64,000 nt of DNA from Patescibacteria group bacterium (GCA_038323715.1 JBBQHF010000001.1:45549-109548); one strand, 5' to 3'. Shown: positions 38,901 through 49,200, counted from the first letter of the stretch. A program made the numbers and translations. Notes: a model not told the origin generated them from the letters alone.

Positions 38901-39007
38901 TATTAAATAAGATAATTATGCTAATTAAACAATTCTAATCAGAGCCTGGTTCTTTGTTTATTGCTTGACATTTGACCAAAAATAGTATATTTTATTAGTA
39001 ATAGACC

Positions 39008-39100
39008 CTGCCTCCTATGGCTGAGTCATTTTTAATTAATTATCATGCTCCTATAGCGAATAGCTATTATTTTCTTCCTCTTTTAGAGGCAAGGGGGCAG
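39008..39100 (+). promoter_or_regulatory. Structured rpsB 5' leader (putative S2 autoregulatory element)
   Basis: CTGCCTCCT/AGGGGGCAG closing stem with inner hairpins; TTGACA at 38965 upstream. Confidence 0.6.
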
Positions 39101-39118
39101 ACGTAACAAAGAAAAAAT

Positions 39119-39814
39119 ATGTCAAAAACACCAAGTATTGAAGAAATGCTGAAAGCCGGCATGCACTTCGGCCATCGTACTAATCGCTGGCACCCAAAAA
39201 TGAAGCAATTTATTTTTACTTCAAAGAATGGGATTTACATCATTAACTTAAAGAAGACTCAAGAAAAGTTAACCGAAGCTTTAGACTTTATGTCTAAATT
39301 AGTTTCCGAAGGGAAAAGTATTTTATTTGTTGGAACTAAAAATCAAGTTGCTGGTCCTTTACAGAAAATGGCCATTGAAATTGAACAACCTTACATTGTT
39401 GGTAAATGGTTGGGTGGTTATCTTACAAATTTTACAGTTGTTAAAAAATCAGTTAAAAAATATCTAGATTTATTAGAGAAGAAAGATTCTGGTAAATTGG
39501 AAAAATATACTAAAAAAGAAAGATTAGACTTTGATCGTGAAATTGGTAAATTAAAGGTTCGGGTTGGTGGTCTAACTACTTTAAATAAACTTCCTGACGC
39601 ACTTTTTGTTTGGGACATTAAAGAAGAAGAAACGGCCATCAAAGAAGCGCAGCAAAAGAATATCCCTATTATTGCTATTTGTGATACTAACGTTAATCCA
39701 GATGAAGTAAATTATCCGATTCCGGCTAATGATGATGCCACAAAAACAATTGCTTTAACTTTAAATGCTATTAAAGAATCTCTACTTGAAGCGAAAAAGA
39801 ACTTAAAAAATTAA
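39119..39814 (+). CDS. rpsB: 30S ribosomal protein S2
   Basis: AGMHFGH...WHPKM, FVGTK, WLGG.LTN, DTN, PANDD. Confidence 0.98.
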   Translation: MSKTPSIEEMLKAGMHFGHRTNRWHPKMKQFIFTSKNGIYIINLKKTQEKLTEALDFMSKLVSEGKSILFVGTKNQVAGPLQKMAIEIEQPYIVGKWLGGYLTNFTVVKKSVKKYLDLLEKKDSGKLEKYTKKERLDFDREIGKLKVRVGGLTTLNKLPDALFVWDIKEEETAIKEAQQKNIPIIAICDTNVNPDEVNYPIPANDDATKTIALTLNAIKESLLEAKKNLKN

Positions 39815-39863
39815 TTGCATTAATAAAAGCGGTTATTGAACCATTTTTAATGCTTATATCAAT

Positions 39864-40658
39864 ATGGAGCTTATAAAAAAATTACGCGACCTGACTGGCG
39901 CGGGCATGGTTGATTGTCAAAAGGCTTTAAAAGAAGCTGATAATGATTTAGAAAAGGCAATTGAAATCTTAAGAAAAAAAGGAATTGCTAAGGCCGCTAA
40001 ACGCACTGATCGTGAAGCTAATGAAGGCGTTGTTAAAGTTGCGGTTAATGCGGAAAATAATGAAGGTTATATATTAGAGCTTAATTCTGAGACAGATTTT
40101 GTTTCTAGAAATGAAAAATTTCAAGTATTTGCCGAACAGGCTTTGGGGATTGTTCAGAAGAATAAACCCGAGAGTTTAGAGGCTTTGTTGGCCGCTCCAT
40201 ATGATGGGGTTACCGTTTCCGAAGCACTCGATGCCTTAAGCGGAACTATTGGAGAAAAAATGAGTATTAAACGTTTTGAAATATTGAGCGCCCCAACTGT
40301 GGCCGCCTATTCTCATTTAGGAGGCAGAATTGGAGTTTTGGTTTCTTTAGATCAACCCGGAAAAAGTGAATTAGCGGCTGACATTGCGATGCAAGTTGCA
40401 GCGGCTAATCCAAAATATTTATATCCAGAAGAAGTTTCTCCTGTAGAAATGGCAAAGGAGAAAGAAATTTATAAGGCACAGTTATTAAAAGAAGGAAAAC
40501 CGGAAGCGATGGTTGAAAAGATTGTTGAGGGTAAAATGGGTAAGTATTATTCTGAAGTTTGCTTAAATGAACAAGAATATATCAAAGAAGACAAGAAAAA
40601 GATTAAGGACATCTTGGGAGGAGCCAAAATTCTCAAGTTTGTTCGCTACGCTCTTTAG
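39864..40658 (+). CDS. tsf: Elongation factor Ts
   Basis: LRD.TGAGM.DC.KAL, ELNSETDFV, after rpsB. Confidence 0.98.
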   Translation: MELIKKLRDLTGAGMVDCQKALKEADNDLEKAIEILRKKGIAKAAKRTDREANEGVVKVAVNAENNEGYILELNSETDFVSRNEKFQVFAEQALGIVQKNKPESLEALLAAPYDGVTVSEALDALSGTIGEKMSIKRFEILSAPTVAAYSHLGGRIGVLVSLDQPGKSELAADIAMQVAAANPKYLYPEEVSPVEMAKEKEIYKAQLLKEGKPEAMVEKIVEGKMGKYYSEVCLNEQEYIKEDKKKIKDILGGAKILKFVRYAL

Positions 40659-40679
40659 CGGTAATTTATACAAGTGTTC

Positions 40680-41501
40680 ATGCAAATAGCTCAAGTACAA
40701 TTTGCGCCTTGGGATAAGGTTTATAATTTTACCACTGCTGGATTAAATCTAGCTGTTGGGGATTATGTAATTGTGGAAACGGAAATGGGCAAGGAGCTCG
40801 GTAAAATCATTACCTTTTGTGAGTATAAAGAAGAAATTGAAAATGGCGTGGTTAAGGAAATAAAGCCAATTGTAAGAAAGGCTGATTACGAAGATGTTGT
40901 TAGGTCGGCCGATCAAGATAGAAAAAATGAGGCTTTAGAGTTTTGTCGCGCGGCAATTGAACGCGCCGGTTTGCCAATGAAATTAATCGATGTTCATTTT
41001 TCGTTTGATGGTAATAGAATAAATTTTGCTTTTATCTCTGATGGTCGGGTTGATTTTCGTGAGCTAGTAAAGGAATTGGCCGCTAAGTTTAGTGCCAATA
41101 TTCGTTTAACTCAGATTGGAACTCGTGATGAGGCTAAGGCTACCGGTGATTGCGGTCCTTGCGGACGTGGTTTATGTTGTCGAGAATTTCTGTGTGAGTT
41201 TTCTTCCATAACCTCTGAAATGGCCGAAACACAACAAGTAGTTCATCGGGGCTCTGAAAGAATTTCCGGTATGTGTGGACGTTTGATGTGCTGTTTGTCT
41301 TATGAATATGAAGGCTATAAAGAATTAGCTGGCAAGTTGCCGCCAATTGGGACTAAGGTTAATGTTGACGGTTTGAGAGGTACGGTTTGTGGTCATCATG
41401 TTTTAAAGCAGACCGTAGATGTTAAAATACCACCCGAGAAACATGACGAGAGAGACATTACAATTGAAGTTGATATTAATAGAAAGAATAAGAAAAAATA
41501 A
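40680..41501 (+). CDS. PSP1/RicT (YaaT) family Fe-S protein
   Basis: GRVDFRELVK, QIG.RDEA, CGPCGRGLCC, ISG.CGRLMCCL.YE. Confidence 0.9.
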   Translation: MQIAQVQFAPWDKVYNFTTAGLNLAVGDYVIVETEMGKELGKIITFCEYKEEIENGVVKEIKPIVRKADYEDVVRSADQDRKNEALEFCRAAIERAGLPMKLIDVHFSFDGNRINFAFISDGRVDFRELVKELAAKFSANIRLTQIGTRDEAKATGDCGPCGRGLCCREFLCEFSSITSEMAETQQVVHRGSERISGMCGRLMCCLSYEYEGYKELAGKLPPIGTKVNVDGLRGTVCGHHVLKQTVDVKIPPEKHDERDITIEVDINRKNKKK

Positions 41502-41518
41502 ATATTTTTAAATAAACC

Positions 41519-41547
41519 AGAAATCGTCATAAAAAAGGCGATTTTTT
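41519..41547 (+). terminator. Intrinsic terminator
   Basis: AAATCGTC-ATAAAAAA-GGCGATTT followed by a T run. Confidence 0.6.
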
Positions 41548-41612
41548 GTTTTTATTAATTTATATTTATGTGTTATAATATAATAAATTAATAAATATAA
41601 AATATTTTATTT

Positions 41613-42623
41613 ATGAAAAAGATAAACATCGCTATTAATGGTTTTGGCCGTATTGGTCGGGCTGCTTTTAAAATTATTCACGACAGTTTTCCTAACCTAA
41701 ACGTGGTTGCGGTTAATGATTTAACTGACGCGGGGACGCTCGCGCATTTGCTGAAGGTAGATTCTTGCTACGGGCAATATGATCATAAAATAAGTACTAT
41801 TAAGGACTCTATTATTATTGATGGCGTAAAGATTCCAGTATTAGCGATTAAAGATCCGGCCGAACTTCCTTGGGCAGAAATGAAAGTTGATATTGTGTTG
41901 GAATGTACTGGGCGCTTCAGAACCAAAGAAGATTTAGGGTTGCATTTAGCAGCGGGAGCTAAAAAAGTTATTATTTCTGCTCCAGCTAAGGGCGGAGTAA
42001 AAACTATTGTTCTTGGGGTTAATGAAAATAAAGTTGGTCGCTCGGATGATATTGTCTCATGCGCATCTTGTACTACTAATTGTTTGGCTCCAGCGACTGC
42101 GGTTATCAAGAGTAATTTTGGTATTAAAAATGCTTTAATGACCACTATCCATTCTTATACCGCTGATCAAAATTTAGTAGATGGCCCTCATAAAGATTTA
42201 CGTCGTGCTCGTGCGGCTGCTTTAAATATTATTCCGACTACAACCGGAGCGGCAACCGCTACCACAGAAGCTATTCCATCGTTAAAAGACAAATTTGATG
42301 GTTTGGCAGTTAGGGTCCCGACCCCAGTTGGTTCTTTATGCGACACAGTTTATTTATTGGATAAAAAAACAACCGTGGAGGCTGTTAATAAAGCTTTTAA
42401 AAAAGCGGCGAGCGGTAAACTTAAGGGGATTATTGAAGCTTCGGAAGAGGAATTAGTTTCTACGGATATAATTGGCAACCCTCACAGCGCCGTAATTGAT
42501 TTATTGTCCACCAAAATTGTTGGTGGTAATTTACTGAAAGTCATTTCTTGGTATGATAACGAATGGGGGTACTCTAATCGTTTAGTAGAGTTGGCAGCTT
42601 ATTTAGGAAAATTTATTAAATAA
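41613..42623 (+). CDS. gap: Type I glyceraldehyde-3-phosphate dehydrogenase
   Basis: INGFGRIGR, ASCTTNCLAP, RVPT, WYDNEWGY. Confidence 0.98.
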   Translation: MKKINIAINGFGRIGRAAFKIIHDSFPNLNVVAVNDLTDAGTLAHLLKVDSCYGQYDHKISTIKDSIIIDGVKIPVLAIKDPAELPWAEMKVDIVLECTGRFRTKEDLGLHLAAGAKKVIISAPAKGGVKTIVLGVNENKVGRSDDIVSCASCTTNCLAPATAVIKSNFGIKNALMTTIHSYTADQNLVDGPHKDLRRARAAALNIIPTTTGAATATTEAIPSLKDKFDGLAVRVPTPVGSLCDTVYLLDKKTTVEAVNKAFKKAASGKLKGIIEASEEELVSTDIIGNPHSAVIDLLSTKIVGGNLLKVISWYDNEWGYSNRLVELAAYLGKFIK

Positions 42624-42633
42624 TTTTAAATAT

Positions 42634-43371
42634 ATGAGATTGGAAAATAAAGTTGCTATTGTTACCGGAGCTGCATCTGGTTTGGGTAAGGCCACGGCCG
42701 ATTTATTTGTAGCCGAGGGAGCTAAAGTTGTTTATTCAGATGTTTATGAATCACCAGCAGAGCTAGTTATTGACTCTGAAAAAGCGGTCTATGTTAAATG
42801 TGATGTTTCCAAACGCGAAGAAGTTGCCCAATTGATTAAAACTGCGGTGGAAAAATTTGGGACTTTGGATATTATGGTTAATAATGCCGGGGTTGGAACT
42901 ATGGGCGGGATTTTAGATGTTAGTGATGAAGTTTGGGATAAGACTATTAAAATAAATTTATACGGGGTGTTCTATGGTTCTCAGTTAGCGGCTCAGTTTA
43001 TGAAAGAAAAGGGAATTAAGGGCTCTATTGTAAATTTAAGTTCTATTTTGGGCACAGTTGGGATGCCAAGCACGGTTTCTTATTGTACTTCTAAGGGGGG
43101 AGTTGTTCAACTGACTCACGCCTCTTCTCTGGATTTAGCTCCGAGCGGAATTAGAATTAATGCGGTTGCTCCTGGTTTTATAATGACCAATATGACGAAA
43201 GACATGTTAGCCAACCCTAGCACCAATAAGATGGTTAAAGATAGCACCCCGCTGGGATATGCTGGCGAGCCTAATGATATTGCTTACGCTGCTTTATATT
43301 TAGCAAGTGATGAGGCTAAGTATGTAACTGGCACGGTTTTGCATGTTGATGGAGGTTGGACCGCTAGATAA
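42634..43371 (+). CDS. Classical short-chain dehydrogenase/reductase
   Basis: TGAASGLG, NNAG, S...YCTSK, PG, VDGG. Confidence 0.93.
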   Translation: MRLENKVAIVTGAASGLGKATADLFVAEGAKVVYSDVYESPAELVIDSEKAVYVKCDVSKREEVAQLIKTAVEKFGTLDIMVNNAGVGTMGGILDVSDEVWDKTIKINLYGVFYGSQLAAQFMKEKGIKGSIVNLSSILGTVGMPSTVSYCTSKGGVVQLTHASSLDLAPSGIRINAVAPGFIMTNMTKDMLANPSTNKMVKDSTPLGYAGEPNDIAYAALYLASDEAKYVTGTVLHVDGGWTAR

Positions 43372-43393
43372 TTCTAGTTAGGCTATTTGTCAA

Positions 43394-44410
43394 ATGTCTA
43401 ATGATATAATTACAAAAATAGAAGAATTCGGGCTCACTGGACGTGGTGGGGCCGCTTTTCCGACAGCACAAAAGTGGTTAGCTGTTAAAAAAGCTTTAGA
43501 TACTCAAGATTTGGGTTATATTATTGTTAATGGGGCCGAAGGGGAGCCGGGGGTAAAAAAAGATGAATATATATTAGCTCATAAATCTGAGGATTTGATA
43601 AATGGGGTATATTTGGCTTATAAATTTCTAGGAAGTAAGAAAATTAAAAAGGTTTATTTTTTCTTAAAACATGAATATTATAAAAAATATTTATCAAGTA
43701 TTAAAAAAATATTAATAGACAAAAAATATAAGTCTCTAGCCGCTAAGGTTGAATTTGTGATGAAGCCGGAAACCCCTTCCTATATTTGCGGGGAAGAAAC
43801 AGCAATCTTAAATATTATTGAAGGCAAAAGACCAGAGCCAAGATTAAAACCGCCATTTCCTTCTCAAAAAGGGTTATTTGGCAAGCCGACTCTAATAAAT
43901 AACGTTGAAACGCTTTTTGATGTTAGCCTGATTGATAAAGGAGTTTATCAGGGAGAACGTTTATATACTTTATCCGGGGCAGTTGCTCATCGTGGAGTTT
44001 TTTCCTTATCACCGACTATGAGCGCCGAAGAGATATTAAGGGCGACTAATAATTACCCTAGTTTTGATTTTTTTGTCATAACTGGCGGCGAGGTTTGTGG
44101 AGAGCTGTTGCGTTCAGACCAACTACAATCCCCAGTTGAAGGTTCCTGCTTACTTATGGTTTTAGATAAAAAAAATACTGACCAGAAAAAACTTTTAGAT
44201 TATTGGTTGAAATTTTATGAAACAGAAAGTTGCGGGTATTGCTCTGCTTGTAGAGAAGGAAGCTATCGTTTGCGAGAACTATCACAACAAAAGAATTATG
44301 ACAAACAATTGTTTTCGGATTTGTTAGATAATATGGAGGAATCAAGCGTGTGTGCCCTAGGTTCGTCATTGCCACAAACTGTTAAAAGTTTTTTTGAGAA
44401 TATAAAATAA
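43394..44410 (+). CDS. Minimal NuoF/HydB-like FMN/NADH-binding Fe-S subunit
   Basis: GRGGAAFPT..KW, NGAEGEPG..KD, YICGEETA, NNVETL, ESCGYCSACREG...CALG. Confidence 0.9.
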   Translation: MSNDIITKIEEFGLTGRGGAAFPTAQKWLAVKKALDTQDLGYIIVNGAEGEPGVKKDEYILAHKSEDLINGVYLAYKFLGSKKIKKVYFFLKHEYYKKYLSSIKKILIDKKYKSLAAKVEFVMKPETPSYICGEETAILNIIEGKRPEPRLKPPFPSQKGLFGKPTLINNVETLFDVSLIDKGVYQGERLYTLSGAVAHRGVFSLSPTMSAEEILRATNNYPSFDFFVITGGEVCGELLRSDQLQSPVEGSCLLMVLDKKNTDQKKLLDYWLKFYETESCGYCSACREGSYRLRELSQQKNYDKQLFSDLLDNMEESSVCALGSSLPQTVKSFFENIK

Positions 44411-44423
44411 ATTAAACAAAACT

Positions 44424-45248
44424 ATGGAAAACATTAATCAGCCGGAAGAACAAAAAGATATTTCGGCAAAAATTAAAACAGAAGATGTTCAAGGTAATCC
44501 CGTTGCGCCAACTTATAATAAACCAAAATTAACTCCAGTTTTTAAGATGACTGAAGACGCTCTTAAAACTTGGTGGCAAAATTTAGATAAAATTTTAAAA
44601 ATTTATTGGGAGGGGATAAAGCCAACTATAATTCCTTTAGCTGTGTCTTTCGTTTTAGCAATATTGGGTTTTGCCGTTATTAAGACGGGGTTTATTTCGA
44701 CTGCCTTAAAAGTAACCGCTACTGTTAGCGCAGTGATTACTATGGTTTTAGCGATTTATTTTTGGACAAGAGCTTATATAGGAGTATTTTTATTGATTAA
44801 AAAAAATTATACTGATGAAGCCGAGCAAACATTCAAAGAAACGAAAGAACTTTTTTGGCCCTATCTTGGTTTATCTTTTTTGACTGTTATTCTAGTTTTA
44901 TTATGGTGCTTGTTATTAATTATTCCTGGCATTATATTTGGGATTTTATATAGTTTTGCTATTTATGCTTTTTTCTTTGAAGGCAAAAAAAATATGGCCG
45001 CCATTCACCGTAGCCTAGAGTTAGCTAAGGGATATTTTTGGCCAATATTTGGTAGATTTAGTTTTTTAATGCTTCTTACTTGGTTGCTGATGATGATTAT
45101 TGCTATTCCACTAACGTTTATGCCGAAAAATGGTACTGGCGCTCAGATTTGGAATTTTATTACCCAGGTTATTAGTTGGTTAATCGGTCCGATTGCGTTG
45201 TTTTTCACTTACAATATGTATTTAGATTTAGTTAAAGTAAAGAAATAA
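44424..45248 (+). CDS. Multi-pass membrane protein of unknown function
   Basis: About 5 TMs; LLLIIPGII and RS.EL.KG.FW..FGR motifs. Confidence 0.75.
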   Translation: MENINQPEEQKDISAKIKTEDVQGNPVAPTYNKPKLTPVFKMTEDALKTWWQNLDKILKIYWEGIKPTIIPLAVSFVLAILGFAVIKTGFISTALKVTATVSAVITMVLAIYFWTRAYIGVFLLIKKNYTDEAEQTFKETKELFWPYLGLSFLTVILVLLWCLLLIIPGIIFGILYSFAIYAFFFEGKKNMAAIHRSLELAKGYFWPIFGRFSFLMLLTWLLMMIIAIPLTFMPKNGTGAQIWNFITQVISWLIGPIALFFTYNMYLDLVKVKK

Positions 45249-46942
45249 TGACTCTCAAAATTAATAAAAAACAATTTTCTTTTATAGCCGGGCAAACCAT
45301 TTTGGATGTTGCTAAGGTAAACGGAATAAAAATACCGACTCTTTGCCACCACCCCGACCTAGATGTTAGGGCGAGTTGTCGGGTTTGCGTTGTGGAAGTA
45401 AAAGGCCAACATAAATTATGTACGGCCTGTTCTACTTTGGCAACTGAGGGGATGGATATCCAGACCGACTCACTGCGCGTGAAAAAATCACGTAATCTTA
45501 ATATTGAATTGATATTTGCCTCTCATATTGAAAAATGCGGAGATTGCATCTCGCGGTTTAATTGTGATCTTTTGAATCTAGCGCGTGATTACGGCATTAA
45601 AATAACCACCTTTAAGGATAGAAAAGAAAAGCGCAAGACTTACAAGTTCGCTAATGCTGTCGAAATAGATGGCACCCAGTGTATCGATTGTAATAATTGT
45701 GTGACCGCTTGCCACCATCAAGGAATTGATTTTTTAAAGGTGGAGGGGAGTGGTTTTAGTCAAGAAATTAAACCCGTGCGCGATAAAAACCATGCTTGTA
45801 TTTATTGCGGTCAATGTGCCAATGTTTGTCCGGTGGCCGCCGCTCAAGAGCAAGGAGAATGGCAACAGGTGGAGCGCGTTTTAAAAGATAAAAACAAAAT
45901 TGTCGTGGCGCAATTTGCGCCCTCGGTTAGAGTTTCTTTGGGCGAAGAATTCGGGATGCCTTACGGAATTAATGTGGCCAAGAAAATAAATACCGCTTTA
46001 AAAATTTTGGGATTCTCTCATGTATTTGATGTTAATTTTGGAGCAGATATTACCACGATGACTGAAGCGGATGAACTCATGGAAAGGCTGAACGATAAAA
46101 ACGCAGTTTTCCCAATGACCACTTCTTGCTGCCCGGCTTGGGTCGCTTATGCCGAATTTTACCATCCTGAATTATTGCCTCATTTAACAAGCGCCCGTTC
46201 ACCACATATTCATAGTGCCGGCGCGATTAAAAGTTATTTTGCTAAGAAGCATAAAATAGATTCTAAGAAAATTGTGGTGGTTTCTATAATGCCTTGTACT
46301 TCCAAGAAGTATGAAGCTACAAGGCCGGAGTTAAAGTATCAAGGGCGACAATTAGTAGATAATGTTATTACCACGCGTGAGCTAGCTTTTATTTTAAAAA
46401 AGAATAGAATTGATTTTAAGAGTTTAGCGGAGAGTGAAACGGAGCCAACTTTTAATGACGGCTCTGGCGCGGGAGCTATTTATGGCGCTTCTGGTGGGGT
46501 AATGGAATCAGCTCTAAGAACAGCGATTTCTTTAGCCTGTAAAGATAGTCAGGATAAACTTTGCTCTAGTCGTTTAGAATTTAAAGAAGTTAGAGGGTTA
46601 AAAGGATTTAAAGAGGCGGAGGTTGTGTTGGCGGGACATAAATTAAAAGTTGGAGTTGTTAATGGAATTGGGAATTTTGAAAAAGTCTTGCCAAAACTTA
46701 AAAAATACCATTATATAGAAGTTATGGCCTGTCCTGGCGGTTGTCTTGGTGGTGGCGGTCAGCCCATCCCCACAACTAATGCGATTAGAAAAAAGAGGTT
46801 GGAAGGCATGTATAATATAGATTCCGGTAAAAGCGTTAGAAGGGCGCATGAAAATAAATCAATGATGGCTTATTATGCTTGGGTTAAGGATAATAAATTA
46901 TCAGCTAAATTATTGCATACCAAATTTTCATCTAAAAGATAA
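45248..46942 (+). CDS. hydA: Group A [FeFe]-hydrogenase catalytic subunit
   Basis: H-cluster motifs TSCCPAW, MPCTSKKYE, EVMACPGGCLGGGGQP; N-terminal 2Fe-2S, His-Cys3 and two 4Fe-4S motifs. Confidence 0.95.
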   Translation: MTLKINKKQFSFIAGQTILDVAKVNGIKIPTLCHHPDLDVRASCRVCVVEVKGQHKLCTACSTLATEGMDIQTDSLRVKKSRNLNIELIFASHIEKCGDCISRFNCDLLNLARDYGIKITTFKDRKEKRKTYKFANAVEIDGTQCIDCNNCVTACHHQGIDFLKVEGSGFSQEIKPVRDKNHACIYCGQCANVCPVAAAQEQGEWQQVERVLKDKNKIVVAQFAPSVRVSLGEEFGMPYGINVAKKINTALKILGFSHVFDVNFGADITTMTEADELMERLNDKNAVFPMTTSCCPAWVAYAEFYHPELLPHLTSARSPHIHSAGAIKSYFAKKHKIDSKKIVVVSIMPCTSKKYEATRPELKYQGRQLVDNVITTRELAFILKKNRIDFKSLAESETEPTFNDGSGAGAIYGASGGVMESALRTAISLACKDSQDKLCSSRLEFKEVRGLKGFKEAEVVLAGHKLKVGVVNGIGNFEKVLPKLKKYHYIEVMACPGGCLGGGGQPIPTTNAIRKKRLEGMYNIDSGKSVRRAHENKSMMAYYAWVKDNKLSAKLLHTKFSSKR

Positions 46943-46944
46943 TT

Positions 46945-48381
46945 ATGAATATTCCAGATTACGTAAAAAATACAGTTAGCGCCCTCAAAGAAGGGCGCTT
47001 TGAAGCTTATATAGTCGGTGGTTGCGTGCGCGATTTTTTAATGGGGAAAGAGCCAAAGGATTGGGATATTACCACTAATGCTAAACCGGAGGAAGTATTA
47101 AAAATATTTGCTGATGCTAAATATGAAAATGATTTTGGCACCGTGTTGCTTCCAATTAGAGCAGACGGAAAAGTGAAGGATGTTTTAGAAATTACTACTT
47201 ACCGTAGCGAACAAGGGTATTCTGATAGGCGCCATCCCGATATTGTTTTATTTGAAGACAAGCTTGATAAAGATTTGGAGCGTCGTGATTTTACAATTAA
47301 TGCTCTAGCGCTTGACCCGTCTCATCCAGAAGATATTGTAGATTTTTTTGGTGGGCGTAAAGATATTAAAGCAAAAATTATTCGCGCTGTCGGCGAACCG
47401 TCTGATAGATTTAAAGAAGATGCCTTGCGGATGTTAAGGGCGATTCGTTTTAGTTCTCAGCTAGACTTTGAACTAGAACCAAAAACTCAAAGAGGAATTT
47501 TAAAGTTAGCTGGAAGTTTAAAATTTGTTTCTAAAGAAAGAATAAAAGATGAGCTTATAAAAATATTAGCCTCCCCTCGACCGGCAGAAGGGATTATGCT
47601 TTTACATGATTGTAAATTATTACAATATATTATCCCAGAATTAGAACAAGGAGTTGATGTTAAACAAGATAGACACCATATTTATAATGTTTTTAAGCAT
47701 AATGTTTTAGCTTTAAAAAATTGTCCTAGTTCCGATTGGCAGGTTAGATTTGCCGCTTTGCTTCATGATGTTGCTAAGCCAAAAACCAGAAAGATAATAG
47801 ATAATATTGCTACTTTTTATAATCATGAATATTTAGGGGCAAAAATGGTGGAGAAAATAATGTCTCGTCTCAAATTTTCTAATGAAGATAGAATTCGGGT
47901 TGTAAATCTTGTTAAGAACCACATGTTTTATTATAATGTGGGAGAGGTTACTGCCGCTTCAGTGAGGCGTTTGATTGTTAAAGTGGGACGTGAGAATTTA
48001 AAAGATTTGATAGATTTACGTATAGCTGATAGACTTGGTTCGGGCACCCCTAAAGCGATGCCCTATAAATTGCGCCATTTACAATATATGATGGAAAAGG
48101 TGCAAAATGATCCCGTGTCTGTTAAAATGTTAAAAATTAACGGCGATGATTTAATAGAGGTTTTGGGAGTTAATCCAGGACCGAAGATTGGCGCTATCTT
48201 AGACGTATTATTAGGTGACGTCTTAGAGAATCCAGATTTAAATGAAAGTGTAGAATTAATTAAGCGCGCTAAGGAATTAGATAAATTAAATTTAGAAGAG
48301 TTGCGTATTAAAGCCAAAGAGGTGATAGCAGAAAAAAGACAAGCAGAAGATACGCATATTAAAAGACAATATAAAGTATAA
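46945..48381 (+). CDS. cca: CCA tRNA nucleotidyltransferase with HD domain
   Basis: VGGCVRD, DWDITT, RRDFTINA, EDALRMLRA.RF, ERI, LLHD..KP. Confidence 0.9.
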   Translation: MNIPDYVKNTVSALKEGRFEAYIVGGCVRDFLMGKEPKDWDITTNAKPEEVLKIFADAKYENDFGTVLLPIRADGKVKDVLEITTYRSEQGYSDRRHPDIVLFEDKLDKDLERRDFTINALALDPSHPEDIVDFFGGRKDIKAKIIRAVGEPSDRFKEDALRMLRAIRFSSQLDFELEPKTQRGILKLAGSLKFVSKERIKDELIKILASPRPAEGIMLLHDCKLLQYIIPELEQGVDVKQDRHHIYNVFKHNVLALKNCPSSDWQVRFAALLHDVAKPKTRKIIDNIATFYNHEYLGAKMVEKIMSRLKFSNEDRIRVVNLVKNHMFYYNVGEVTAASVRRLIVKVGRENLKDLIDLRIADRLGSGTPKAMPYKLRHLQYMMEKVQNDPVSVKMLKINGDDLIEVLGVNPGPKIGAILDVLLGDVLENPDLNESVELIKRAKELDKLNLEELRIKAKEVIAEKRQAEDTHIKRQYKV

Positions 48382-48407
48382 TTAATAATTTAAATAAAGT
48401 TTAAAGT

Positions 48408-49175
48408 ATGAAGAAAGTTTTGTTTTTTTTGGCCCTAATCATTGTGGCCGGAAGTTTGTCTGCTTGTACAGCGGAGACTAATGAAAGTGTAAAAAATAAT
48501 GCCGAGGTTGATAATTATAAAATCAATTCTTTGGAAAGTGCTAATAATAATTTAGAAAATAATAATGTCGGCTTAATCTCAAATGAGACCCCAATTGTTT
48601 CTAACGAAACAAACGCAACAGCTGCGGGTCAAGGTGATTCTGTCGCTAATAACCCTATGAGAACCTTAGACAATCAAACCGATTTAGTTAAGGAATATTC
48701 CCAAGCAATTTTTAAAACCAGCTTAGGAAATATTACGGTTAAATTTTACGGGGAAGACTCCCCCATCACGGTTAATAATTTCATGAATTTAGCCCAAAGT
48801 GGATTTTATAACGGTACCAAATTTCACCGCATTATTACCGATTTTATGATTCAAGGTGGAGACCCAAATAGTAAAGAGGCTGATACTAGTATGTATGGCA
48901 CTGGTGGCCCTGGTTATAAATTTGCCGATGAATTTAACAATCATAAATTAGTCGCTGGTTCTTTGGCAATGGCTAATGCTGGGCCAGGGACTAATGGTTC
49001 TCAGTTCTTTATTGTAACTGCCACTGAGACGCCATGGTTGGATGGTCATCACACTAACTTCGGAGAAGTGACCAAAGGGATGGATATTGTTAAAAAGATT
49101 GAAGGGGTGGGGACTGACGCTCGAGATGTTCCAACTACTCCAGTGGTCGTTAATTCTATTGAATTAGTAAAATAA
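48408..49175 (+). CDS. Cyclophilin-type peptidyl-prolyl isomerase, lipoprotein
   Basis: Lipobox LSAC; FHRII..FMIQGGDP, AMANAGP.TNGSQFFI. Confidence 0.93.
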   Translation: MKKVLFFLALIIVAGSLSACTAETNESVKNNAEVDNYKINSLESANNNLENNNVGLISNETPIVSNETNATAAGQGDSVANNPMRTLDNQTDLVKEYSQAIFKTSLGNITVKFYGEDSPITVNNFMNLAQSGFYNGTKFHRIITDFMIQGGDPNSKEADTSMYGTGGPGYKFADEFNNHKLVAGSLAMANAGPGTNGSQFFIVTATETPWLDGHHTNFGEVTKGMDIVKKIEGVGTDARDVPTTPVVVNSIELVK

Positions 49176-49200
49176 TCAAACAATAGCTAGTTTTAAATAC

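Noticed and set aside
43394-44410. Respiratory complex I NuoF
   Set aside because: No other nuo genes are nearby; the hydA context favours a hydrogenase diaphorase subunit.
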